From positions 100,900,669 through 100,964,668 of the forward strand of contig NC_068983.1 of the NCBI RefSeq assembly GCF_001194135.2: 64,000 bases of DNA. Reading direction: 5' to 3'. Position 1 is the first letter of the stretch, and the number at the start of each line of letters is the position of its first letter. Of the stretch, positions 52,578 to 64,000 are shown piece by piece. The notes under the pieces were generated by a model. The model saw nothing but the letters and a program-made list of their open reading frames with translations, ran no database searches and was not told where the DNA came from. The DNA comes from Octopus bimaculoides. Taxonomy: Eukaryota. The position numbers and the translations under genes were made by a program.

Positions 52578-52889
52578 CATATCTAACTGTCTATCTGTCT
52601 CTTTTTCTCTCTCTCTCAGCGTTGGAAGAGGTGATCTTATGTCTCATGATGAAAGGATAGAATGTGACTGAGAAACAGAGGCAGAAACAGGTATCTTGCT
52701 ACAGAGGAGGTACATAGCTACCCGGCCATAGAGAGAGAGAGAGAGAGAGAAAGAGCTAACAGAGAGGGGGGAAGGGAGAGGAAGAGATAGGAAGTGAGAG
52801 TGGGAGAGGTACAAGAAAGAGGACAAAAACAGGTGTGGTGATGTAAAGGAGATACTTGGTTACCTAGCCAGAGGGAAAAGCAAGGAAAG

Positions 52890-52922
<33 letters not shown>

Positions 52923-54699
52923 GGCAGAAACAGGTGTGCTGCTATGGAGGAGATACATGGCTACCCAGCCAGAGGGAAGAGCAAGAGAAAGAGAGAGACA
53001 GAGAGTGGGAAACAGCAAAAGTACAAGAGAGAGCAGGAGAGAGAGATGGTGGTGAGGTACCAGGGTATATTCACAAGTAAGAAGGATCAGAGCATAGATG
53101 GGAAGAAAGAGACAAATGGTGGCAATTACCAGGGCATGCCCTCAAGGTATGGAGGTCATAATATATGTGGCCAGGTATTGCCAAGGCTTAAAGACTTAAA
53201 AAAATAAAGATAAATCCTGGGGGGTCTATTTATTCAACTGAAAAATCCTTCAAGGTGACACCTCAGCATGGCCACAATCAAATGACTGAAACAATTAAAA
53301 AATAGAAGATAGAAGAGCTGTGACAATCTGACATGCCACTCATTCAAGAGAACTTTGAAGATTTGGAGTTTTATTTTCAGCCAGATAGAGCACATCACCC
53401 TACTTCCAGAATAATGTAAGAGGCTACCTTGATAAGATTCTGACAAATAGGTGGATTGGACAAAGTGATTAAGTGGAATACCCTCCACATTCTCTAGACC
53501 TGATATGGGTAAACTTTTTTTTCCTGGAAATGCTTAAAAGATACAAAACTGGCGACATTTGATGAATTGAGGGCAGCCATTGCATGAGAATGCACAAAAA
53601 TACTGAATGAAATGTTTCTTGATGTTTGTGATTCAATTGGTTCACACTATCAGCAATACCTGGACAAGAATAGTCATCAGTTTCAAAACAGGCATACTTA
53701 AAAGAATTAGATTCTATCAGCAGATTCTATTAAATTTAAAAAATTAAATGTACTTTAATAAGTATTGACTTGATAATCATTTAATGTAAATATACATTTT
53801 TGGGGACATCTTCTGTGTGTGTATGCATGTGTGCGTATATATGTGTGTGTGTGTGTGTGTGTGTGGATGTATATATGATGATGATGATAGCTGTCAACTC
53901 ATAACTGAGGAAGACTATCACTGACCATTGTCCATGCAAAATGTCAGCAATGCCTGTGCATGAGGTTACTGCACCAGCATTTGGCTTCACCTGAGTTCAC
54001 ACCTGTGACTTCTATGCTCACCGTGGTGTCCTTGTACTTGACCAGGCATCAGATGGTTGCCTCACAGGCAATTGCACAACCTAGTTTTAGGTCTAATAAG
54101 GCTTGCACAGCACCTCACAGACCACTCTACCCTACTGACATGATCAAGAGACAAACCACAGCAAGATATCCAGTGCCAATATGAATTACAGGTTCAGGAA
54201 TGTGAGAGTACCATGATCTCAAACACAAGCAACAGATCCCCAAAATGTTCAGTGCCATTCCCCACATATCTGGTTTTATATTTGAGTGACCTTCTCCTAG
54301 AGGCATGCTTTAACCAAAGCTACGAGAGGTCTCACACCCAGTGGTCTTCCAGCATGCTGGACACCAGTCCAGAACTTCTGAGGGCCTGTACTATTGCTAT
54401 ATAGTCAATGAATCTGCAATAGGTTCATCTGCCCTTTTGACAAGTCTTGTTTTTTGTCCTGCTAGGTTTCTAGCAATCCTCCTCACCAGGCAAGCCTAGT
54501 GGTGGTGTTGGTTTAGTTGCTGATGACCAAACCATGTGGCAGGTCACATGTGGGGGTTGGTCATGAGTGCTACTGGTAACATGGAATCCATTACAACCTG
54601 TTGCATGGTTGGGTGTGTGTATACACACACACATATATATATTATATTTTAAACAGTTATATATTTAGCTTTAATCGAAATAAGGTTTTTAATATAAAT

Positions 54700-55310
54700 T
54701 ATTTATTATAGGTATTCTTTTATTAGTTTCTGATTTAATAAGGATATTTTAGTATTATCTATTAAATTATTGGTATTAGTTTAACATTAAAGCATGTAAG
54801 GATAACAAATATTTAATATGTATGGAGTGTTTAATATTAACTTTTGGGTTATGAAATAGTGTAATTCACTCAGAATTAGTTATATTATTAGTTAAGTTCA
54901 ATCGAGTTTTGTTTTGAAAGAATAGAATATAAAAGCTTTCACTTTTATATGAATAACTATGGCAGACTGGTGGGAATATTATCTGCATGAACTTCAAGGG
55001 CTAGGTTGCTATTTAGTTAGGCAATTTAGGAGTTAGTTATAGGTTTAATTAATTTACTGATACTGTTTTTGTACATAGAGTAAACGTGTTCCTTTGTTGT
55101 AGTTTAATTAATAATGTGTTTAATACTCCCTAGAATTAAGATCGATATCTAAGGTATGTGTGTTCCGAAACAATACTTATTTTAGTGCTGTTGACAGTAC
55201 TGGATTGAATGGCACTGCCCAGGTGTTGAAACCATAGTGATGTCTATGGGACAGCTGATGATGGAGGTATATTGGATTGTTGGTATAGTGGTTATTATTT
55301 GTTGTAATAG
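54700..55310 (-). mobile_element. Possible very old Penelope-like (GIY-YIG) remnant
   Basis: Only weak frameshifted resemblance (CQQ..NKY..G..HTLRYR). Confidence 0.25.
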
Positions 55311-56019
55311 TTTTTAACATCCATTTGAGATATATATATATATATATANNNNNNNNNNNNNNNNNNNNNNNNNNNNNNNNNNNNNNNNNNNNNNNNNNNN
55401 NNNNNNNNNNNNNNNNNNNNNNNNNNNNNNNNNNNNNNNNNNNNNNNNNNNNNNNNNNNNNNNNCAGACTGTAAAGTTTGCTGACAAAATATAACTAGCC
55501 TACCGAATCTCTCTCATTAGCCAACACTCTTGTTAGTGTTGATAACATTGGTATCCTTTACAACTTAAAATTAAGTTGATAGTCTCACAGTAGTATTTTT
55601 ATTTTACATTGTTGTGCAGGTTGTGACAAGCCATGAAGCTGCATGATTTATAATTGTTGTGAACAATATAACCCTGATTAGCATTGAACAGAAGGGTCTC
55701 TACCACAAGTACATATGCACATACATACATGTGTGTGTGTGTATGTGTGTGTGTGTGTGTGTGTGTGCGCGCACACGCATGCGCATGTACATACACACAT
55801 GTATGCATACATTTGTACAGAAACATCTGCAGGCATCCATCATTCTTGAACATCTCTCCTTACTCATTTTGATATTGACACAAATGAATTGCAAGGTAAC
55901 AGTAGGGAGTCTTAAAGTTGTAATTAAAGGCAACAACTTAAATTGGGTGAATAAGAAGCAGTTTTCCATGTTAATTTTTTAAGTTAAAATCAAAGATGAA
56001 CCCATTTTTTCCAAATAAT

Positions 56020-56900
56020 TTCTAGTTTGGAAGAAAGGGACTGCATCCATGATCTTTGAAGGCTATCTGAGACCTGTGAGATTGATACTTCCATAAGTGG
56101 AATGTTGTGAGCATTCTACTTAGACTGTTGCAAGTTGATGACTGCAGGAACGAAATGTGCAAGGAAAGAACTCTATAGATATAATATTCTGGAGAGGAAA
56201 CATTGGGTTTAGGGGTTAATGAGAGGTCTAAAATCATTGGACATTACATGACTTAGGAAACATGTAATAGATAAGTCACATGTTTATGGCACTGAGATGA
56301 GATTAACTAGTTTCAAACAATAGGCAGAGACTAGAGACAGAGGATAGGCAGAAACTATGGACCAGAGGCTAAAGTGCATTTCTTAGTAACTTCATGCCTA
56401 CCAATCAAGTGACTTCTTTTCAAGATTTGTCTTGGATGATTGTAAGTGAAACAGCAACAATATCCTAAATGTGGGAACAGTACTTTATAATGTGTCTTAC
56501 CTGAGCTTTGTCAAAGCTGAAGTATTTTCTGGCTCTAAAGGGAATGGTCAGTCTTTCATATGCAGTCTTTGCTATGTTGAGAATGTGCATTCACCTGGAG
56601 AGATCCATAGTAATAGTGAGGCCTAATATTTGGAATGATTACAATGGTTCTAGTTGTGGGCTGCTCATGTTTAAGTAAAATGCTAATGTTTTCTTGTTAT
56701 GTGAAGTGATTGTGTTTTTTATTATTGAAAGAGTCAAGACTGGCATGAACTCAGTAGACTCTTGGAATCAGCGCAGATGAACTGCAAAGCCAACTAGAAG
56801 TATACATGAATGAACAGAGAGATGAAAGGTTGATAGGATACCTCAGTTCTGCTACAGGCAGCCTCTTTAGAGCTAGTGGCATAATAACATGTAATTTGTT
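56020..56900 (-). mobile_element. Degraded CR1/L2/Jockey-type LINE RT C-terminus
   Basis: Remnants such as LGLTITMDLSR..HILNIAK and QVRHIIKYCSHI. Confidence 0.45.
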
Positions 56901-58038
56901 CACACTGTAAAGTAGTTGGTGATAGGGAGGGTATACACCTCACCAAAAATACAAACAAGTAGAACTCCATTGGTTACAACAAAGGTTCCAGTTGATCCAG
57001 TCAATGGAACGGCTTACTCATGAAATTAATGTGCATGTGGTTGAGTACTTCACAGACATGTGTACTCTTGACATAATTTTCAAGGAGATTCAGTGTGACA
57101 CAGAATGTGACAGAGCTGGCCCTTTGACTTACAGGTACTACTCATTTTTGTCAGCTGAGTGGAATGGAGCAATGTGAAATAAAGTGTCTTGCTCAAGGAC
57201 TACCATGCGCTATCAGGAATCAAACTCATAATGTGACAATGGTGAACTGAAAACCCTTACCACTAAGCCACACACCTTCACTAAGCCACATGCCAAAAGT
57301 ACAATGACATGCAACAACAAAGTTGACCAGTTTTACTGTGACGAGCCACAAAAAACAAGATCCATGCACTCCATGTGAGCATGTTAAAGCAGCTGCATCA
57401 TCATCCTCATGAAGAAGGAGGAGAAGGAAGAGGAAGAAGAGGAATAAGTAGCTAACAGTTAAAAATAAGATTGTAAATTTAGTGTTATAGAAAAACAGAA
57501 TTATTTAGAAATGAAATAACTTAAGGATGTCATCTACATGAAAACAATTGGTAAGTTAGAGTTAACATACTTAACATTCAAAATATTAAACAGTTTAGAG
57601 AAAAATATATATAGTGAGAAAAAAATTATATTAGTTAGTCACTAGCTAATGTCATTTTAATTTTTTCTGGTTAAGTATGAGTGACAACCCCAAACATATT
57701 TAAATCTTATTCAGAACCTATAGAAGGTGAGAAGAATCAACATGTATATTGGTCTAGAACCTGGAGAGCCAAGAAGAAGCCCATGGCTATCTGCAAGGCA
57801 CTCTCTAAAAAAGAAACTTTATAAACTTTTTGAACATTGAGATGGTCCCAAAAGCAATCTTATTCTGGCTTGCCAAATTTCCCTTGGCCTTATTCTCAAC
57901 TTATCAGCAAAACAGAGCCTTTGCTATACTCAATTGCTTTATTTTATTCTGTGTCAGTTTTGAGCAATAGAATTGTTGGTTAAAGGAGGCATGGCTGTTA
58001 ATCCTCAGATTAACACCAAATGCTCTGAAGACCCTGTC

Positions 58039-58326
58039 TGGAAACAGGACTGAGCACCATGCCACACCAGCAGGAGAACCCAGACATGACTGTTAGACAA
58101 TTTCTGTGACTACACCACCCCTAACATCTGGCCACCTAACTCCCCAGACTGCAACCCCCTTGATTATTATGTGTGGGGTGCAGTTGAGCGAGAGACCAAC
58201 AAAACTCCTTGTAAAAAAAAAAAAAACTGAAGGTAAGGATTATGGCAGCATTCACCAACTTAAACAAGGAGACCATCCAGAAGAGTTGCAGGAGATTCCG
58301 AAATCCATGGCGATTTTATTGAATAA
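58039..58326 (+). mobile_element. mariner/DD37D transposase C-terminal fragment
   Basis: WKQD*APCHTSRRTQ...IWPPNSPDCNPLDYYVWGAVERETNKTPC...GDFIE*. Confidence 0.85.
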
Positions 58327-59574
58327 ATTTACTCTTTAGTATTTCAAGATATTTTTATGTAATTTTGGTAAATATATCTGTTAAAATGAGATGTCAGTGT
58401 TATTTTCATTTTTGTGTAATTTAGACGACAATTTATTCACTGCACCCTGTATCCCCCTGTTACCTAGCAGTTCAGCAAAAGAGGATGAAAGAATAAGTAC
58501 CAGTCTTAAGAAACAAAATAAGTATTGGGGTCAATTTGCATGACTAAAAAATTCTTCAAAGCGATGCCTGAGCATGGACACAGTCTAATGACTGAGACAA
58601 GTAAAATAAAATAAAATAAAATAAAATAAGTTTCCAACAACCCAATTGCTTGTCTTCCACTTTTTTGATGATTATCAAAATAGTGATGAAAGAATCACTA
58701 AGTAAATGAACAAGATTGTACATTTGTTGATGTTACTAGTTTGTATCCAATCTATTGGCATTGTCTACTTTGTTAACAATTTGTAGAAAACTAGATAATG
58801 TTGTATCTTGCTAAAAGGAAGGGCTCTTAATACTGATTTTAAATTTTGGCACAAGGCCAGTAATTTCACAGGAGAAGATAAGACAGTTACATTGGACCTC
58901 AGCGTCCAACTGGTACATATTTTATTGACCCTGAAAGTATGAAAGGCAAAGTCAATCTCAGTGGAATATGAACTCAGAATGTAAAGACAGATGAAATGCC
59001 GCTAAGCATTTTACGTAGTGTGCTGACAATCCTGCGAGCTTGCTGCCTTTAAAGCTCTTTTAAATGAGAAACAATTCAAAATAGGATTATTCAAAACTTT
59101 ATAAGAAACACAGCAATTTACAAAAGTGAGTGGAAGAGCTCTCTCAAGAATTTATCCTTGCTTTTTATAATAGTATAATGCTTTGAATACTTTGGCACCG
59201 TATGTGAGGAGCATTTTATGATGTACTGTGGTTTGTATGAGTGTTATATATATGCATATTATATATGCATGTGTGTGTGTGGCTTCTATTTAAAATTCAT
59301 TTCTAATCTTTTGACAAGTTAAAGAAACTTTTTTTTTTGTATAATTTTTGACTTGCACTGCAATAGTAGTAAGGAATGTTCTATCTGAAACATTGATTGA
59401 CAAGACCACTGTCAGTAAACTATTTTCATTTAAAAACAGGCACCAGTTTTAGTGGCATACATTTTTGCTGTACTCATGACTCTGACTGTATTGACAGATA
59501 GGTAAGTTTTGTAACATGAAAGTTATCCAAAATTGTGTGATTTGACAGTGCTGAGATGTAATCCATTTCATCAT

Positions 59575-59730
59575 AGTCATATTCGTTGTTGTTGTTATTG
59601 TCGCTGTTGTTGTTGTTGTCGTTGTCGTTGTTGTCATTGTCGTTGTCATCATTGTCATTCCCCTCCTCCTCCTCCTCCTCCTCCTCCTCATCATCATCAT
59701 CACCGCCGCCGCCACCACCACCACCACCCT
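59575..59730. repeat. Compound trinucleotide microsatellite (GTT/GTC/CCT/CAT/CCA) at an RTE tail
   Basis: Directly visible; abuts TTTAATGTTTGATTTTCATGCTGGCATG. Confidence 0.9.
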
Positions 59731-60003
59731 TTAATGTTTGATTTTCATGCTGGCATGAGTTGGACAGTTTGGCAGGAGCTGACAAGCCAGGGAGCATCAC
59801 CATGTTACTCTCCAGTTGTCTGTTTTGGCATGGTTTTTATAGCTGGATGCCCTTCCTAATGCCAACTACTTTACAGAGCATACTGGATGTTTTTTAAGTG
59901 GCACCAGCACCATTCTACTTAAAGTTTGATTAATAACTTTGGTATATTACCTGTGATATATGAAACTTCATAAGTGTTTATGATATTATAATACAGTATC
60001 TAA

Positions 60004-60165
60004 TGATGTGTATGAATTCATAAGAGTGGAATATTTTATGAGGTGTATAAGCTCATAAGTGTAAAATACTTTATGATGTGTATAGGCTCATAAGTGTAGA
60101 ATATATATGATGCATGTGGCACCGTATGTGAAGAGTACTTTATGATGTACTGTGGATTGTAAGAA
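60004..60165 (+). repeat. 35-bp minisatellite (about 5 diverged units)
   Basis: Unit starts at 60004, 60039, 60074, 60108 and 60143. Confidence 0.8.
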
Positions 60166-62269
60166 TTTTATATATATGCATGTGTGTGTGTGGCTTCTAT
60201 TTAAAATTCATTTCTAATCTTTTGACAAGTTAAAGAAACAGCATAGCATCTAGTATCTAATTGCTTAATTTGAACGTAGTTGAATGTTTGTTTCTCTCAG
60301 TAACCTGTCAAAAATGTCATTCCAATAGCCCCTCATTCAGTTATTAAACCACCTCAGTTTCAAAATATGATAAATAAATCATCAACTACAAAGCAAAAAC
60401 AGAAAAACAGAAAAGAAAACAACATAGAATAAAAGATACAAAGACTGTGCACTCAATGATACAAAATTAAATAAACAAGTCTTTTCTATAATGAAGTTTT
60501 TAATCTAGAAAATATCAGGATGAGTAAATAAAGAATAAGAATGTAATAACAAATACAAAAGTATCCAGTAACGAATCAATAACTTCTACTCAGGATTATG
60601 ATAAAATTGACATATAATCCTTGTAATTATGACAAGTTCATATCTACGAAAGTAAGCAAGAAAGAAATATGAGTTTGTATTATTCACTTGTTCAATGTGT
60701 ATGAGATAACTAGGGAAGTATGTAATGGTTGCCTGAAAGTAGTTAATACAGAAATTAACTTCAGGTAAGTTCTCTCAAAGATTTTAAAATAATATCAAAT
60801 TGGTGCATTTTGTTGTGTTTCTTTTGCACAAGAATTAAAAAATATGTTTGGCCTAGTCATCGTTTCTTTAGTATCATTAAATGATGACACAATGACTATC
60901 CTACCGTTACATAAATACCCTCCAAAAAATGAAGTGTTTTGCTTTAATTTTCTGATACTCTACTAGATCTATTCTCCCTAATTACTATAAACCTTGTTAC
61001 ATTTTACCTGATGATAAATGTACTTCTAATGTATTTCAATCTGTCATTGATATTATATGTTACTTGTTATACATCACCCATCTCAAGAGCTAAATATATT
61101 ACAAAGTAAATATCAACAATTCTAGCTTAAAATAAGTTAGTGGGTAAACATTATTTATTCCCTTCCACTTCTTACATGGGCTGCTGTGTAAACATCTTAT
61201 ATTCCCAAGTTCCTTATACAGTACCAGGTAAAGTAATCCAACTACCAAAATTACACATAGCAAAGTAAATGAAACCTTTCTCACTCAAATACTTTAGATG
61301 ATGTGAAATTTGCAGTTAAGCTAGCATTAGAAACTAACAGAAGTACTGCAAAAAGAGGAAAAGGCAGTAAAAAGCAATGATCAAACAATGTTTTTCAAGG
61401 ACACATTAATAGTTTAGACAGATTTTGACAAAATGGCCATGAAACAAAAGTAAAAAACTACATATACAAGGGAAAAACCCACTTGACTTTGTCTCTTTCA
61501 TACTTTCCTAAGCCATATTCACAGTTGAGTTGAAGATTGTAAATTTAATGAAATGCTTCTCAAGTTGACAATGCTACATCTGCTTATATAAGTGAGTTAT
61601 TTCTTCTCTACTGTACTCTTTAGATACAATTATAGTAGAAATCCTCACTGTTGTAAGCAGTGGTATGTTTTGTCAACTTGCAGAGAGTATTATTAGATTT
61701 ACAATCTTCAACTTAATTGTGGATATGGGCTGTTAGGATCAGGTAGCAGAGAGTGATGGCTGTCATTACTACAAGATGTGATGACTACTTTATATGAGCC
61801 CCAAGTTCAGTTGGCTCTAGCTGACAGCATCTGAAATGAGCCTCTGTCTTGGATTACAGATTTCCCCTTTTCTTTGAGACCCCAGATTGACGTTTGACAT
61901 AACCGGTCTGGCACTATTGTTGAGAAAGGAGAATGGATGGAATTTAAGGTGAGTACCTTGCTATAAATACTCAATTTTCCACAGAAATGATGAGCATCTT
62001 CAACCATTCGTTAACAAGCCAGTAAGGAAACATCACATCTGCTGATCCATCTGTGATGGGTGTCGAGCCAGAGTGGAAAGGACATTTAGATGTAAGTAAT
62101 ATTTTGAAATAATATTTTGAATGCCAAGAACTCAAGATTGACCACTTGGAATGTCTGTACACTGTTTTGAAATATAACAGTTGAAACAAGTGATACAAGA
62201 GATGGGCATTTAATGCATTGGTATCCTGGACACCAGTAGGATACACTGGATCAGCCAAGGATGCATCAG

Positions 62270-63650
62270 CAGAGAAGATAAGACAGTTTTACACTCTGGT
62301 CATGAAAATCATCGTACTGGAGATGCTGGCATTATCTGGAGTGAGTATGCACTAATTGGATAGAGACCAGTAAATGACCAGATTATCACAGTGAAGGCCA
62401 TCACTAGACATGCCAAAGTAAAGGTGGTGCAGACTTACCCCAAGAGGTTGCAACACAAGAAGATAACAAAGTGTTGTATAACCACCTGTAGAATTTCCTC
62501 AACAGCATTCCATGGTATAACATCAAGCTACAAATGAGTAACTTCAAAGCTCAACTGAAGAATAACAGACACAAGTTATTCCTGATTGTGTGGCTTCATG
62601 GCTTAATCAACAGTGTGACAAAGAATGGTAGGAAGATTCTGGAGTTGATTATCTTCTGCAGTTTTAGTACCTCATTCTTAATTCTGAAGCATATCTACAA
62701 AACATCACAGACTTCCTGTGTGGTAAATTCAGAAATTAAACTTACATCTACATTAATACTTGTTGACAGTCTCCTAACAAGACATACATATCTTCTGTGG
62801 AGCAAATGTTAGTCCAGACAACAATCTAGTGATTGCTTGAATGTACTTGAAGTTAAAGAGGATACTGACAGCAAAGACAGAGTGGCCTAACATAAAGGAA
62901 GCTCTCAAGCAAGTGAAAACTTTGACTAAATTCATTGAGGCAATGAAATAGAATTTTCAAGTTTTGGAGAGAGGGTTTGATTATTAGAAACAATGGATTC
63001 ATATCCAACAGGTCATCACATTTAGTGCTAATGCAGTATTTGCACACAGGTAGGGCAACATTCTGGCATTATGGATCTCCACACCTTAATGGAACCTGAT
63101 TGATGAGAAGAAAGAAATAAAAAGCAAAGGAGACCAAGTGAAGGATGTGCAGACATGGAAGCAACAAGACAGTGAGGATAGACACCAAAACAAGTCTATA
63201 ATAAGGAGTTGTAGGGAGTCAAGAAGATATAGATCAAGGAGATGGGCAAGGAGGCAGATGAAGCAACAAAGTGAAATGGCACCAGATGTCTGTACAGAAA
63301 CACAAAAGCTGAGAGGAGCAAGAAGTGGTTCATGTGTACCACTTTAGAGTAAGGATGATTAGACGGTGGTAACAAACATGGAGCACTTAATTGGGTCAGT
63401 ATAACATTTCCAAGAAGTTATGAACTGGTCAGACACTGTCAATCTCTTTGACTTCATATGACAGAGACCCTTGATGGATCAGTTGCAGGGAACAAATGAG
63501 GGCCTCTCAACGGTAAAAGGTGTCAACGCCATTCATTGCTTGAAGAACAACAAGACAGCAGAGATAGACAAGATAACTGCAGACCTGGTTAAACACGAAG
63601 GAGATGTCACAACAGAAAAGTTGAGACATCTTTGCAACTTATTGTACAGG
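62270..63650 (+). mobile_element. Degraded RTE/BovB-like LINE (endonuclease to RT start)
   Basis: Remnants VLHSGHEN, RPVNDQIIT, CGANVSPDNNLVI, AIHCLKNNKTAEIDKITADLVK. Confidence 0.7.
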
Positions 63651-63744
63651 TTACACACGTTTATTATATTATGTTATTGCTTTTATATTTTACTTGATTA
63701 CTCATTTAAAAAAAATTATTACTCCTGTATTAAAGTTATTGAAG

Positions 63745-63984
63745 GTGCATGACTCAGTGGTTAGAGCATCGGGCTCACAATCACAAGGTAGTGAGTTCGA
63801 TTTACAGACCAGGCTGTGTGTTGCATTCTTGAGCAAGACACTTTGTTTTACATGGCTCCTGTTCACTCAGCTGTACAAATGAGTTGCAATGTCACTAGTG
63901 TCAAGCTGTATCAGACTGCTGGTCTTCCATAAACAACCTTATGCAATCCCATGGTCATACACGACTAAAGGGGGTCTTTACCCT
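63745..63984 (+). mobile_element. tRNA-derived SINE with 9-bp TSD
   Basis: Head GTGCATGACTCAGTGGTTAGAGC...GAGTTCGATT; TTATTGAAG at 63736-63744 and 63985-63993. Confidence 0.8.
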
Positions 63985-64000
63985 TTATTGAAGTTATTTG

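Noticed and set aside
46588-52671. Long ORFs dominated by X, YI, HT or VC runs (also 8814-9336)
   Set aside because: They are artefacts of N-gaps and dinucleotide repeats.
55160-55265. Second hammerhead candidate (CGAAAC...GAAACCATAG...CTATGG...CTGATGA)
   Set aside because: No U-H triplet pairs with the A after GAA, and no stem I could be built.
59449-59859. Poly-G/D/E/N and poly-H/P/C ORFs
   Set aside because: They are translations of a trinucleotide microsatellite.
60004-60165. CRISPR-like regularly spaced units
   Set aside because: These are contiguous diverged tandem units with no repeat-spacer alternation, in a eukaryotic context without cas genes.
61099-61284. Type II membrane protein N-terminus (xRKVSFTLLCVILVVGLLYLVLY)
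   Set aside because: It starts at GTG right after a stop, has no ATG, and hydrophobic runs are expected in T-rich sequence.

Overview
AT-rich, microsatellite- and transposon-dense eukaryotic genomic DNA with 7 N-gaps (8997-9217, 46679-46922, 47725-47938, 50515-50524, 51142-51703, 52484-52509, 55349-55464). The repeat families suggest an octopus genome (inference). Two host genes are supported. (1) A complete 10-exon COP9 signalosome subunit 6 gene (COPS6, + strand, CDS 13370-35217, 969 nt, 322 aa, all introns GT-AG). (2) The first coding exon of a signal-peptide-bearing peptidase S28 gene (- strand, 1528-1292), divergent from COPS6 and running off the left edge. The rest is mostly mobile-element debris: tRNA-derived SINEs, RTE/Tx1/CR1/HERO-like LINE pieces, Tc1/mariner, piggyBac, Chapaev-like and Helitron-like DNA elements, and a possible solo LTR. 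Top leads: a non-canonically permuted hammerhead-like motif in a HERO-like LINE 3' UTR (47136-47183); a 3-residue deletion in the CSN6 Ins-2 loop region (exon 5); and a piggyBac with exon-trap architecture in frame with COPS6 donors. All analysis was by eye; family names and cross-species comparisons come from recalled motifs, not database searches.
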